From the NCBI GenBank assembly GCA_902543665.1, contig CACBZI010000001.1, positions 603 through 64,602 of the forward strand: 64,000 nt of DNA, in the 5' to 3' direction. A program made the position numbers and the translations under genes. Of this stretch, positions 35,918 through 46,375 are shown in pieces. Below the pieces are notes generated by a model. It was not told the origin of the DNA, did not search any database, and saw nothing but the letters and a program-made list of their open reading frames with translations. Origin of the DNA: an uncultured Pelagibacteraceae bacterium. Its GTDB lineage: Bacteria > Pseudomonadota > Alphaproteobacteria > Pelagibacterales > Pelagibacteraceae. The number at the start of each line of letters is the position of its first letter. Within the stretch, counting starts at the first letter, position 1.

Positions 35918-37114
35918 ATGGAATTATTATTTTACTCTCTTGCTGGAATAATTGTGATCGTAGTAATTGCAGTATCCAGAAAATCAATTGTAGCAGGTAT
36001 GGAGGCAAGATCCGATATTAAGAGAGAGAACAAACCAAGTAATAATGAAGAGGAAATAGAAGACATCACCAATGAAAATATTGAAAAAACTAATGAGCAA
36101 GTAAAGATTATAAATCAAATCGATGATCTAATTTTAATTGTAGATAAATTTAAAAATATCAAATTTTTTAATAATAGTGCAAAAAAAAAATTTGGAGAAA
36201 ATAATTTAAATAAGCACGTGGCTACTTTATTGAGAGTTCCTGATTTACTCCAAAATATTGATTTAGTGCTTTTAAAAAAAGAGACAATTACTATGGATTT
36301 AGAATTATCCTCTCCCTCATTTCAGTTCTTTAAAGTTCATCTATTCTCTGGACCGACCTCATATGTCGATGATCCTGACTCAGTTGTTTTATTTCTAAAA
36401 GATTTAACTGATATTATAAAAGCGCAAAGGTTCAAATCTGATTTTGTAGCCAATGTAAGCCATGAACTTAAAACGCCTTTAGTTTCTATTAAAGGATTTC
36501 TAGAAACTATAAGCGGACATGCGAAAGATGATTTAGAAGCACAAAAAAAATTCATACCGATAATGCTTGAGCAAGCTGATAGGATGGAAAGCTTAATTAA
36601 AGATTTACTTTCACTAAGTAAAATTGAGTTAGAGGAACATATACAGCCTCAAGATAAAGTAAATTTAAAAGAAATTTTAAGTAACGTTGAAGACATCCAT
36701 CAAAAAAATTTAAAATCTTTTGAATTTAAAAATAATATAAAAGATGATTTCTTTATTAAAGGCGATCATGAAAAATTAATTGAAGTTTTTTCAAATATTA
36801 TTGATAACAGTATAAAATATTCAGAAAAAAATAAAAAGATCGAGGTTAATTGTGGACAAGGTAACGGAAAAGTAATAGGAGACTCTTACACCGTGTCCAT
36901 TAAAGATAATGGTATTGGAATTCCAACTGAACAACTTCCGAGAATTACAGAAAGATTTTTTAGAGTTGATGCAGCTAAAAGTAAAAAAGTTGGTGGCACT
37001 GGACTTGGAATGGCGATCGTGAAGCACATTGTTAATCAGCATAGAGGTGAGTTAGAAATAAAAAGTGAGGCTCAAAGTGGCACCGAAATAAAGGTTCACT
37101 TTTCTAAATTTTAG
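35918..37114 (+). CDS. phoR: Phosphate regulon sensor histidine kinase
   Basis: PAS-like region, DFVANVSHELKTPL, NIIDNSIKY, DNGIGI, ERFFRVD, GGTGLG; pst/pho context. Confidence 0.93.
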   Translation: MELLFYSLAGIIVIVVIAVSRKSIVAGMEARSDIKRENKPSNNEEEIEDITNENIEKTNEQVKIINQIDDLILIVDKFKNIKFFNNSAKKKFGENNLNKHVATLLRVPDLLQNIDLVLLKKETITMDLELSSPSFQFFKVHLFSGPTSYVDDPDSVVLFLKDLTDIIKAQRFKSDFVANVSHELKTPLVSIKGFLETISGHAKDDLEAQKKFIPIMLEQADRMESLIKDLLSLSKIELEEHIQPQDKVNLKEILSNVEDIHQKNLKSFEFKNNIKDDFFIKGDHEKLIEVFSNIIDNSIKYSEKNKKIEVNCGQGNGKVIGDSYTVSIKDNGIGIPTEQLPRITERFFRVDAAKSKKVGGTGLGMAIVKHIVNQHRGELEIKSEAQSGTEIKVHFSKF

Positions 37115-37177
37115 CAAATATCACAAATTTATTAAATTATGTCTTGAGATAGACAGTAAAATAGTTAAAATTCTAGT

Positions 37178-37789
37178 ATGACTAGAATAACAAATTATAT
37201 AATTCTGGTTTTATTAACTTTAACTTTTACAACTGTTAAGGCAGATGTAAACTTAATTGAGAAAACTTTACGTTCTCAACCTCTCACAGTTTTTGATCTT
37301 GGACTTTTAAGACTTAAAAACGATCTTAGGCAAGCTAAAAACGATTTAGTTCTTGAAGTAGATAATAAAAATGTATCTACAATTTATACTGAAGCTTTAT
37401 TTTCTAGAAGAGACGATGGAATTCAATTAATTGTGTCAGCACCGATGAGCACTCATTTAAATGCTAACTCGTACATGGTGGACTCAATTAAATGTAGAAA
37501 AATTTTTGAAAAAGTTAAAAATAATCTTTTAAAAGGACAAAACGAGAGCAATATGATTCACTCAAAAGCTGCATCTTATTTAAGTGAAGTATTCACCGCT
37601 CCAACACAATGGAATGCTTGGAGATATGATAAAGGTTTTACTCAAAAATTAGTTAACTTTGTACAACTAGAAGTTACATTAAAGCCAACTCAATCCTACG
37701 CAGTTAAAAATAAAGTAAGACCTTTTAGTTGCGGAGGGTCTTTAGCCTCTGATTATCAACAAATCGAGATAACTAGAAAGTTCAACTAA
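37178..37789 (+). CDS. Hypothetical exported protein
   Basis: Signal-peptide-like N-terminus (VKA|D), two Cys; TTGAGA-16-TAAAAT just upstream. Confidence 0.75.
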   Translation: MTRITNYIILVLLTLTFTTVKADVNLIEKTLRSQPLTVFDLGLLRLKNDLRQAKNDLVLEVDNKNVSTIYTEALFSRRDDGIQLIVSAPMSTHLNANSYMVDSIKCRKIFEKVKNNLLKGQNESNMIHSKAASYLSEVFTAPTQWNAWRYDKGFTQKLVNFVQLEVTLKPTQSYAVKNKVRPFSCGGSLASDYQQIEITRKFN

Positions 37790-37799
37790 AAAGTTATCA

Positions 37800-37832
37800 T
37801 TTTAATAAATTTGTAACATATCTGTAATAATT
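37800..37832 (+). promoter_or_regulatory. Pho box (three repeats) upstream of pstS
   Basis: TTTTAAT-AAAT-TTGTAAC-ATAT-CTGTAAT-AATT with an 11-bp period. Confidence 0.8.
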
Positions 37833-37896
37833 AAGAGTCCTCTTAATTCTATGAATCCAATGTTTGTTAATTAATTAATAAATGAAAGGATAAACA

Positions 37897-38901
37897 ATGA
37901 GAAAACTATCAATCGCTTTAGCTTCATTAGTTGCAATGTTAGTTGTAACTTCTGCTCAAGCTAGAGATCAGATTAAAATCGTAGGTTCTTCAACTGTATT
38001 CCCTTATGCAACAATCGTTGCTGAAAGATTTGGTTCGTCTGGTAAATTTAAAACACCAGTAATCGAGTCAACAGGAACAGGTGGTGGAGCTAAATTATTC
38101 TGTGCTGGAGTTGGTACAGAGCACCCAGACATAACAAATGCATCTAGAGCTATGAAGGCTAAAGAGTATGCGCTATGTCAAAAAAATGGTGTTGAAGAAA
38201 TCGTAGAGATTACAGTTGGTAACGACGGAATAACGTTAGCTTATTCTAAAGATGCTAAACCAGTAAACTTTACAAAAAAACAATTATGGGCAGCATTAGC
38301 AAAAGAAGTTGCTAAAGATGGTGCGTTAGTACCAAATCCATATAAAAATTGGAGTGATATCGACCCATCATTACCAAACTACCCTATCAAAGTTATGGTG
38401 CCTCCAGGAACATCAGGAACAAGAGATGCTTGGAATTCATTAGTAATGAAAAAAGGTATCGATGATGCTTCTAAAAAAGCTGGCGCTAAATATAAAGCGT
38501 TAAGAGAAGATGGTGCGGTAATTGAAGTTGGTGAGAACGACTCACTTATTATTCAAAAATTAGCTGCGGACAAAGAAATGTTCGGTTTCTTTGGTTTCAG
38601 TTATTTCTTAGCTGCAAAAGATAAATTGCAAGCTGCAAGCATTGAAGGTGGTCAACCAAGTCTATCTTCGATTCAAGATTACAGTTACGCAGTTGCAAGA
38701 CCTTTATTCTTCTATGTGAAAAAAGCTCACGTGGGCGTTGTACCTGGCTTACATGAATTCGTAAAAGAGTTCACAAGTAAAAAAGCTATGGGTAATAAAG
38801 GTTATTTAACTGATATCGGGCTAGTACCTCTAGATGGCAAGTTATACAAAACATCTAGAACTAACGCTACGAAGTTAGTTAACATGCCTGCTAAGAAGTA
38901 G
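37897..38901 (+). CDS. pstS: Phosphate ABC transporter substrate-binding protein
   Basis: IVGSSTVFP, ESTGTGGG, NASR, SGTRDA, ARPLFFYVK; SD GAAAGGA. Confidence 0.96.
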   Translation: MRKLSIALASLVAMLVVTSAQARDQIKIVGSSTVFPYATIVAERFGSSGKFKTPVIESTGTGGGAKLFCAGVGTEHPDITNASRAMKAKEYALCQKNGVEEIVEITVGNDGITLAYSKDAKPVNFTKKQLWAALAKEVAKDGALVPNPYKNWSDIDPSLPNYPIKVMVPPGTSGTRDAWNSLVMKKGIDDASKKAGAKYKALREDGAVIEVGENDSLIIQKLAADKEMFGFFGFSYFLAAKDKLQAASIEGGQPSLSSIQDYSYAVARPLFFYVKKAHVGVVPGLHEFVKEFTSKKAMGNKGYLTDIGLVPLDGKLYKTSRTNATKLVNMPAKK

Positions 38902-38916
38902 TAGTATCAATTAAAC

Positions 38917-38943
38917 AAAAAGGGGGTATTTTACCCCCTTTTT
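38917..38943 (+). terminator. Hairpin between pstS and pstC (partial terminator or mRNA stabiliser)
   Basis: AAAAAGGGGGTA-ttt-TACCCCCTTTTT. Confidence 0.75.
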
Positions 38944-38960
38944 ATCTCTGGAAGCTCAAT

Positions 38961-40337
38961 ATGAATTTAATACTTGTAACTTTTATTATTCTCTTAGCTT
39001 TCACAAGTTATTATTTCGGTAGAAAAAAAGCTCTAGTTATTCAATCATCACAAAGACTTACGGCATTACCAAAATTTTATGGATATTATTTAGCTGCTTG
39101 GTGTGCTGCACCAGCATTAATAATTTTTGCTCTTTGGTCAGTTTTTGAACCATCAATAGTTAAAACATTTATTTTACAAGATTACACTGATCAGAACTTA
39201 ACTAAAAATGAGCTTCAGCTTATTTACACAAAGGTTAAAGCATTAGCCGCAGGAACTTACACGGGAAATATTACTAATTTTCTAGATGAGTCTGCTAATA
39301 AGTACATTCAATTAAAAGGAATAGCTAACAGCGCTAAAGTAGCAATTATTTTAGCAATTTTAATTTTCTCTCTGAGTTTTGCGTATAGATCTGTTCAGAA
39401 AAATGATCGAATGAGAGAACCAGTAGAAATTTTTCTTAAATGGGTGTTATTTGTTGCATCATTAGGCGCAGTTTTAGTTACAATCGGAATAGTTTTTTCA
39501 CTTTTATTCGAAGCGATTAGGTTTTTTCAAGCAGTAAAAATCTTTGACTTTATATTCGGAACTCATTGGTATCCTGCTAAAACTTTTGTAAGAGATGGCC
39601 AACCAGATCCTGAATTAATGAAGGATGCTTTCGGAGCTGTGCCTTTATTTGCTGGAACTTTTTTTATTGCTTTTATTGCAATGTGTGTTGCCATCCCCAT
39701 AGGTTTGCTGAGTGGGATATATCTATCTGAGTATGCTGGAAGAGGCATAAGAAAATATGCGAAACCTATTATTGAGATTTTAGCTGGTATTCCAACAGTG
39801 GTATATGGTTTTTTTGCAGCTTTAACCGTCGGTCCTTTTGTTAAAGAAATTGGTAACGCTATGGGTTTAGAAGTTTCAGCGGAGAGCGCTTTAGCTGCAG
39901 GAGCAGTTATGGGAGTAATGATAATTCCTTTTATTTCAAGTCTAAGCGATGACGTTATGACGGCAGTACCTCAAAATTTAAGAGATGGGAGTTACGCAAT
40001 GGGCGCAACAAAATCTGAAACTGTAAAAAAAGTAATTTTTCCAGCAGCCCTACCTGGTATCGTAGGTTCGATACTTTTAGCAGTATCGAGAGCGGTAGGA
40101 GAAACAATGATTGTTGTAATGGCCTCAGGACTAGCGGCTAATCTTACAATGAATCCACTTGAGTCAACTTCTACCATTACAGCGCAAATTGTAGTAATTT
40201 TAATTGGAGACCAACAATTTGGAGATCCAAAAACTCAATCAGCTTTTGCATTAGGAATATCTTTATTTATAGTAACTTTACTCTTAAATGTAATCGCTCT
40301 TTCAGTTGTTAAAAAATATAGGGAAAAATATGAATAG
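38961..40337 (+). CDS. pstC: Phosphate ABC transporter permease PstC
   Basis: IYLSEYA, EILAGIPTVVYG, SRAVGETMIV. Confidence 0.95.
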   Translation: MNLILVTFIILLAFTSYYFGRKKALVIQSSQRLTALPKFYGYYLAAWCAAPALIIFALWSVFEPSIVKTFILQDYTDQNLTKNELQLIYTKVKALAAGTYTGNITNFLDESANKYIQLKGIANSAKVAIILAILIFSLSFAYRSVQKNDRMREPVEIFLKWVLFVASLGAVLVTIGIVFSLLFEAIRFFQAVKIFDFIFGTHWYPAKTFVRDGQPDPELMKDAFGAVPLFAGTFFIAFIAMCVAIPIGLLSGIYLSEYAGRGIRKYAKPIIEILAGIPTVVYGFFAALTVGPFVKEIGNAMGLEVSAESALAAGAVMGVMIIPFISSLSDDVMTAVPQNLRDGSYAMGATKSETVKKVIFPAALPGIVGSILLAVSRAVGETMIVVMASGLAANLTMNPLESTSTITAQIVVILIGDQQFGDPKTQSAFALGISLFIVTLLLNVIALSVVKKYREKYE

Positions 40338-41601
40338 TTTTAAGAAAAATTTATTAAAAAAAAGATATAACGCTGAAAGAAGATTTCAATGGTATGGCAA
40401 AATAGCTATAGGATTAGCTTTAAGCTTTTTAGCAGTTTTTATGTTTCAGATATTTTCAAAAGGTTACTCAGCTTTCCAAAAAACTTGGATAGTAACAGAA
40501 GTTCATTATGATAAAGAATTACTTTTAATCGATGCAGAAAGCCCATCAAAAGATGATTTAGAAAATGCAGACTATTATGATGTTGCTTACAAAGCTATGA
40601 CCTCATTAGATCCTGGACTTCCTGAAGAAGAGGATCGTCAATTGATACAAATGGTTTCGTATAAATATGAGGCAGAGGTTAAAGATCTACTTTTAAAAAA
40701 TCCAGACTATCTAGGTAAAATAGTGCCCATAAAATTAACAGCTTCTGATGATGTTGATCAAGTTCATAAGGGAAATTATCCAAGAGATATTCCTGAGGAG
40801 AATAGAAGAGTAAATGATTACCAGTTGCAGATTTACGATATGCTTAATGAAAGAGGAGATATTTTATCAGAGTTTAACATTAGTTTTTTTACAAGTCCTG
40901 ATTCAAGAGAGGCAGAACTAGCAGGTATAGCTAGCTCGTTTATGGGAACAGTTTTTAGTATACTAGTATGTTTAGCGTTTTCATTTCCTGTTGCAGTGCT
41001 AGCTGCAATTTATCTCGAGGAGTTTGCACCAAAAAATAAATTTACAGATTTTATAGAAGTAAACATTAACAATTTGGCAGCTGTTCCATCGATAGTATTT
41101 GGTTTGCTAGGTCTTGGTGTTTTATTAGCAGTTTTTAATTTACCAAGATCGACACCACTTGTTGGAGGAATTACTTTGTCTCTTATGACATTACCAACAA
41201 TAATTATTGCTGCAAGAGCTTCTTTAAAAGCTGTTCCCCCAAGTATAAGAGAAGCTGCTTTAGCGATGGGTGCAAGTAATATGCAAACAACCATGCATCA
41301 TACTGTGCCACTATCAATGCCTGGAACTTTATCTGGGACGATAATTGGCTTGGCTCAAGCTTTAGGGGAAACAGCCCCTTTAATTTTAATAGGAATGGTT
41401 GCTTTTGTGAATACAATACCTGGTACGCCAGTTGATCCTGCTGCAAGTTTACCAGTTCAGATATATATATGGTCAGAAAGTGCTGAGAGGGGTTTTGTTG
41501 AAAAAGTATCTGCATGTATTATGGTGCTTCTAGCTTTTTTAATTTTAATGAACTTGGCAGCTCAAATCGTTAGACACAAATTTGAAAAGAAATGGAGTTA
41601 A
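40330..41601 (+). CDS. pstA: Phosphate ABC transporter permease PstA
   Basis: IYLEEFA, NNLAAVPSIVFGLLG, LGETAPL; ATG 40330 overlaps the pstC end. Confidence 0.95.
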   Translation: MNSFKKNLLKKRYNAERRFQWYGKIAIGLALSFLAVFMFQIFSKGYSAFQKTWIVTEVHYDKELLLIDAESPSKDDLENADYYDVAYKAMTSLDPGLPEEEDRQLIQMVSYKYEAEVKDLLLKNPDYLGKIVPIKLTASDDVDQVHKGNYPRDIPEENRRVNDYQLQIYDMLNERGDILSEFNISFFTSPDSREAELAGIASSFMGTVFSILVCLAFSFPVAVLAAIYLEEFAPKNKFTDFIEVNINNLAAVPSIVFGLLGLGVLLAVFNLPRSTPLVGGITLSLMTLPTIIIAARASLKAVPPSIREAALAMGASNMQTTMHHTVPLSMPGTLSGTIIGLAQALGETAPLILIGMVAFVNTIPGTPVDPAASLPVQIYIWSESAERGFVEKVSACIMVLLAFLILMNLAAQIVRHKFEKKWS

Positions 41602-42357
41602 ATGAGTAAAATAAAAGCGGAAAATGTAAATGTTTATTACGGATCCAAACAGGCATTATTTGACGTCTCTATAGATATAGCAGAAAAAGAAGTTACAGCT
41701 TTAATTGGACCATCTGGGTGTGGAAAGTCTACTTTCTTAAGATGCTTGAACAGGATGAACGACGTCATAGAAATTTGTAGAGTTGAAGGCAGTATTAAAA
41801 TGGACAACCTAGAACTGAATTCAAGAAAGTTAGATGTTGTGAGACTTAGGGAGAACGTTGGTATGGTTTTTCAAAAACCCAATCCATTCCCTAAAACAAT
41901 TTATGAAAATGTAGCTTATGGTCCTACTATTCACGGTATTGCACAGAGCAAAGAAGAAATGGATCAAATAGTTGAAACAAGTTTGAAAAAAGCTGCCTTG
42001 TGGAACGAAGTTAAAGATAGACTTGATGAAATCGGAACTGGTTTATCAGGAGGTCAACAGCAACGACTATGTATTGCTAGAGCTATATCTGTAAGTCCAG
42101 AAGTGATTCTTATGGACGAACCATGTTCAGCGCTTGACCCAATAGCAACAGCTCAAATTGAAGAACTTATAGATGATCTTAAAAAAGAGGTCACAATTGT
42201 GATAGTTACCCACTCAATGTCACAAGCAGCTAGGGTATCTCAAAAAACAGGTTTCTTTCATTTGGGAAAACTTATAGAATTTGGACCAACAGATAAAATA
42301 TTTAAAAATCCTGATAATCAGCAAACTCAGGATTATATTACAGGAAGGTTTGGTTAA
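41602..42357 (+). CDS. pstB: Phosphate ABC transporter ATP-binding protein
   Basis: [40 protein letters not shown]. Confidence 0.97.
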   Translation: MSKIKAENVNVYYGSKQALFDVSIDIAEKEVTALIGPSGCGKSTFLRCLNRMNDVIEICRVEGSIKMDNLELNSRKLDVVRLRENVGMVFQKPNPFPKTIYENVAYGPTIHGIAQSKEEMDQIVETSLKKAALWNEVKDRLDEIGTGLSGGQQQRLCIARAISVSPEVILMDEPCSALDPIATAQIEELIDDLKKEVTIVIVTHSMSQAARVSQKTGFFHLGKLIEFGPTDKIFKNPDNQQTQDYITGRFG

Positions 42358-43037
42358 TGAGTGAAAAACCGCACATTGTAAAATCTTACGAAGAGCAACT
42401 TCAGTTATTAAAAGATACAATAGTGAAAATGGGAACTGGAGTTGAGAAACAGCTTGAAAACACTATTCAATCTTTAGTTAAAAAAGACATTAGTTTAGCA
42501 GAAAAATCTATCAAAGATGACGAATTGACTGATAAGTATGAAATAAATATAGAAGAGCAAGTTGTAAATTTGATTGCCTTAAGGCAACCTATGGCAATAG
42601 ATTTAAGAGAAACAGTTGTTGCCTTAAAAGTTTCTTCAGACTTAGAGAGAATTGGTGATTTAGCAAAAAACATCTCAAAACGATTAACTAAAATTGGAAC
42701 TGATTTACCTATTGATATTACTAAAAATTTCGAAATAGCTGGTTTAAAAGCATCAAAACAAGTCAATGCAGTTTTAAATTCGTATTTACATAGAGCTAAA
42801 GATACAGCAGAAAATGTTTGGAATTCTGATGAAGAAATAGATCAAATGACTAATTCTAATATGGAAGCTGCAGTAAAGCATTTAGAAAAAAATAAAAACG
42901 ATATACAAAAAGTAACCCAACTACTTTTCATGCTTAAAAATATTGAGAGGATTGGAGATCATGCAACCAATATTGCAGAGCAAGTTTATTTTCTGATTAC
43001 AGGAGATTATTTAGAGGGAGACCGACCAAAAGGATAA
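42357..43037 (+). CDS. phoU: Phosphate signalling protein PhoU
   Basis: RQPMAIDLR, DLERIGD, IERIGDHATNIAE. Confidence 0.96.
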   Translation: MSEKPHIVKSYEEQLQLLKDTIVKMGTGVEKQLENTIQSLVKKDISLAEKSIKDDELTDKYEINIEEQVVNLIALRQPMAIDLRETVVALKVSSDLERIGDLAKNISKRLTKIGTDLPIDITKNFEIAGLKASKQVNAVLNSYLHRAKDTAENVWNSDEEIDQMTNSNMEAAVKHLEKNKNDIQKVTQLLFMLKNIERIGDHATNIAEQVYFLITGDYLEGDRPKG

Positions 43038-43720
43038 TGAGGGCAAATTTATTCATTGTTGAAGATGAAATGCCCATCGTAACTTTACTTAAATACAATT
43101 TAGAAAAAGAGGGTCACAAAGTTGATTATGCAGTCAATGGAGAAGACGCTATTAGAAATATAAAGGAAAAAAATCCTGATTTAATTTTATTAGATTGGAT
43201 GTTGCCAGATATTTCAGGTGTTGAAGTCTGTAAAAATTTGAAAAGAAGCAATCTTCACAAAAATATCCCAATCATTATGTTAACAGCAAAAGGTGAGGAA
43301 GAAGACAAACTTAAAGGATTTGAAACAGGAGCTGATGACTATGTAACTAAGCCATTCAGCCAAAAAGAACTTATTGCAAGAATTAACGCTTTATTAAAGA
43401 GATCTAAACCAAGTGTTGCCGCTGATGTTGTAGTATTTGAGGATCTTAAAGTAGATAGAGTTCAACGAAGAGTTTATAGAGCAGATAAACAAGTTATAGT
43501 CGGCCCAACCGAATTTAAACTAATTGATTTTTTAATAAAGAATCCAAAAAGAGTATATTCGCGTGAGCAACTTCTAAATTCTGTATGGGGAGATGATATT
43601 TATGTTGAGTCCAGAACTATAGATGTTCATATAAGAAGACTAAGAAAAGCAATAAATATTGATGGCAAGAAAGATCTTATCAGAACAGTAAGATCTGCTG
43701 GCTATTCCTTAGATGTTTGA
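43037..43720 (+). CDS. phoB: Phosphate regulon response regulator
   Basis: LLDWMLP, GADDYVTKPFS, GPTEFKL, RTIDVHIRRLRK. Confidence 0.96.
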   Translation: MRANLFIVEDEMPIVTLLKYNLEKEGHKVDYAVNGEDAIRNIKEKNPDLILLDWMLPDISGVEVCKNLKRSNLHKNIPIIMLTAKGEEEDKLKGFETGADDYVTKPFSQKELIARINALLKRSKPSVAADVVVFEDLKVDRVQRRVYRADKQVIVGPTEFKLIDFLIKNPKRVYSREQLLNSVWGDDIYVESRTIDVHIRRLRKAINIDGKKDLIRTVRSAGYSLDV

Positions 43721-44226
43721 AGATCTTTTGGCTTTATAAATGATATTAATTTTCCTTTAACTTTTGATAACTTTTCCCAATCATTGAAATTAAAACTTAC
43801 TTCAGCAACGGCTGCAGTAGGAAATTTTCTTTTTAAATTTTCAAATTGTTCAGAGTTTTCTTTAAGACAGATTCGATTTATGAGTTCACTAATTGAAGGT
43901 TCATGATTGATTAAAAGTAAAGTTTTATAATTATCAACTGTTTGTTTTAATATATGAATAATTTCATCCTCACTAGCATGATAAAGCGCTTTTTTTTTAA
44001 TAATTTTCTTAAAACTGATTTTTTCTGACAATATATTTAATGTTTGTATTGTCCTTTTAGAGGATGAGCAATAAACTAAATCAAATTTTAATTTCTTTTT
44101 AATAAAAAATTCACAAATTAATTTTGCTGAATTTACCCCTCTTTTATTCAATGGCCTGTCATGATCATCTAAATCTGGAAAATCCCAACTAGATTTAGCA
44201 TGTCTCATCGCATATAATTTAAACAT
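43702..44226 (-). CDS. sixA: Phosphohistidine phosphatase SixA family
   Basis: MRHAKSSW, DHDRPLN, SSSKRT, INHEP, FPTAA. Confidence 0.9.
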   Translation of the reverse strand: MFKLYAMRHAKSSWDFPDLDDHDRPLNKRGVNSAKLICEFFIKKKLKFDLVYCSSSKRTIQTLNILSEKISFKKIIKKKALYHASEDEIIHILKQTVDNYKTLLLINHEPSISELINRICLKENSEQFENLKRKFPTAAVAEVSFNFNDWEKLSKVKGKLISFIKPKDLQTSKE

Positions 44227-44248
44227 ATTTTTAATTTAACATTTAAAT

Positions 44249-46375
44249 ATGTCGAAAGCATCATTTTCAGAAAACGCTAATATTAGCAATCAACTCATAA
44301 ACAGAGAATTATCTTGGCTTCAGTTTAATGATCGTGTTTTAGAAGAGTCAAAAGATAAAACAAATCCTTTATTTGAAAGAGTAAAATTTTTATCAATCGC
44401 AGGTACAAATTTAGATGAATTTTTTATGGTAAGAGTCGCTGGACTTTTTAATCAAATTAAAGATGGTTTTGACGAATTAAGCGCAGATGGATTAACTGCA
44501 GAGGATCAATTGAATATGGTCGTATTAAAAACTAAAGATCTATTAAAGAAGCAAAACGAAGCATTCCTAGAGTTGAAAAAAGAGCTATCGAAAGAAAAAA
44601 TTTTCATTCGAAAAATGTCAGAACTGAATAAGAAGGATCTTATGTATCTAAGAGAATATTTTCAGGAAACAATTTATCCTATAATAACACCTACTGCCAT
44701 TGACCCATCACATCCCTTTCCTTTTATACCAAATAAAGGCCAAGCAATTTTACTAAGAATGACTAGAATAAAAAAAAAAAGAGAACTAAATGCAATTATA
44801 GTTATACCAAGAGCACTTCCAAAATTTGTATCTCTAAACAACTCTGAAACAATAAATGAATTTGTCACAATTGATGACGTAATTTGTAAATTTGCTAATG
44901 AAATATTTCCAGACCATAATATCGAGGCAAGTTTGCAGTTTAAAATAATTAGAGACAGCGAAATTGAAATAGATGATGAAGCTGCTGATCTTGTGAGATA
45001 TTTTGAAAAAGCAATTAAGAAAAGAAGAAGGGGAAACGTAGTTAAACTCGAAGTACTCACTAATTCAAACAAAAAACTTTTAAATTTTATTTCAAAAAAA
45101 TTTAAAATGGATGAAGATCATATTTATGAGGTTGAAGGATTGGTTGGAATACAAGATATAGATGAAATTTGTAAAAAGAAAGATCCAAAGCTGAGATTTA
45201 AAAAGTTTAATCCTAGAGAAGTTGAAAGATTGAAGGAATTTGATGATAAATTTTTTTCGGCTATAAGAAGTAAAGATTTTGTTGTACACCACCCTTTTGA
45301 AACTTTTGATGTAGTAATTCAATTTTTAGAAGCTGCAGCAAAAGATCCTAAAGTTATCGGTATCAAACAAACTTTGTATCGAACCACACCTGACTCTCCT
45401 ATCGTAAAAGCACTAAGTAGAGCAGCAGAAAACGGAAAAGTTGTTACAGCCGTAATAGAAATAAAAGCTCGATTTGATGAGGAAGCTAATATTGAATTAT
45501 CTAGGAAACTAGAGAAAGCTGGCGTTCAAATTGTTTACGGATTCGCAAAATACAAAACGCATGCAAAGGCAAGTTTAGTTTTAAGAAAAGAAGGAGCTAA
45601 AACGCGAAGCTATGTTCACTTAGGTACAGGAAACTATCATCCTATTAACGCAAAAATTTATACTGACTTATCACTGTTTAGCTCTAATCAAGACTTGGCC
45701 AAAGATGTCGAAAAATTTTTTAATTATGTAACTGGTTATGCAAAACCAAAAAAATTGAATAAAATTTTTATGTCTCCATTAAATAGTAGGAATTTTTTTG
45801 ACGAAAAAATTGAAAATGAAATAGTAAATGCAAATAAAGGAAAACCTGCAGAAATATGGGCAAAAATGAATTCTCTTGTAGACCCTGGAATTATTAAGAA
45901 ATTTTACGAAGCTTCAAACGCAGGAGTAAAAATAAATTTATCGGTAAGAGGAGTATGTTGCTTAAGACCTGGAATTAAAGGTCAATCTGAAAATATAAAA
46001 GTAAAAAGCCTTATTGGCAGATTTTTAGAACACTCAAGAATTTATTGTTTTGCAAATGGTAGTTCTATGCCCTCTCGAGAGAATCAGGTATATATTTCAT
46101 CTGCAGATTTAATGCCTAGAAATTTAGATAGAAGAATTGAAATTATAATTCCGATAGAAAACAATACTGTACATGAGCAAATTTTAGATCAAATTATGTT
46201 AGCCAACTTTAAAGATAAATCGGAAACATGGTATTTAGATAGCATAGGAAACTATCATAAAGAACAAGAAAAAGGCTTTTCCGCACATTCCTATTTCATG
46301 AAGAATCCAAGTTTATCAGGTCGCGGTAAGTCAATTTTAAGAGCTAAACCTCAAAATTTGAGATTAGTAAAATGA
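44249..46375 (+). CDS. ppk1: Polyphosphate kinase 1
   Basis: NRELSWLQFNDRV, NLDEFFMVRV, HHPFE, KARFDEE, KTHAK, GTGNY, RFLEHSR, SADLMPRNLDRR. Confidence 0.97.
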   Translation: MSKASFSENANISNQLINRELSWLQFNDRVLEESKDKTNPLFERVKFLSIAGTNLDEFFMVRVAGLFNQIKDGFDELSADGLTAEDQLNMVVLKTKDLLKKQNEAFLELKKELSKEKIFIRKMSELNKKDLMYLREYFQETIYPIITPTAIDPSHPFPFIPNKGQAILLRMTRIKKKRELNAIIVIPRALPKFVSLNNSETINEFVTIDDVICKFANEIFPDHNIEASLQFKIIRDSEIEIDDEAADLVRYFEKAIKKRRRGNVVKLEVLTNSNKKLLNFISKKFKMDEDHIYEVEGLVGIQDIDEICKKKDPKLRFKKFNPREVERLKEFDDKFFSAIRSKDFVVHHPFETFDVVIQFLEAAAKDPKVIGIKQTLYRTTPDSPIVKALSRAAENGKVVTAVIEIKARFDEEANIELSRKLEKAGVQIVYGFAKYKTHAKASLVLRKEGAKTRSYVHLGTGNYHPINAKIYTDLSLFSSNQDLAKDVEKFFNYVTGYAKPKKLNKIFMSPLNSRNFFDEKIENEIVNANKGKPAEIWAKMNSLVDPGIIKKFYEASNAGVKINLSVRGVCCLRPGIKGQSENIKVKSLIGRFLEHSRIYCFANGSSMPSRENQVYISSADLMPRNLDRRIEIIIPIENNTVHEQILDQIMLANFKDKSETWYLDSIGNYHKEQEKGFSAHSYFMKNPSLSGRGKSILRAKPQNLRLVK

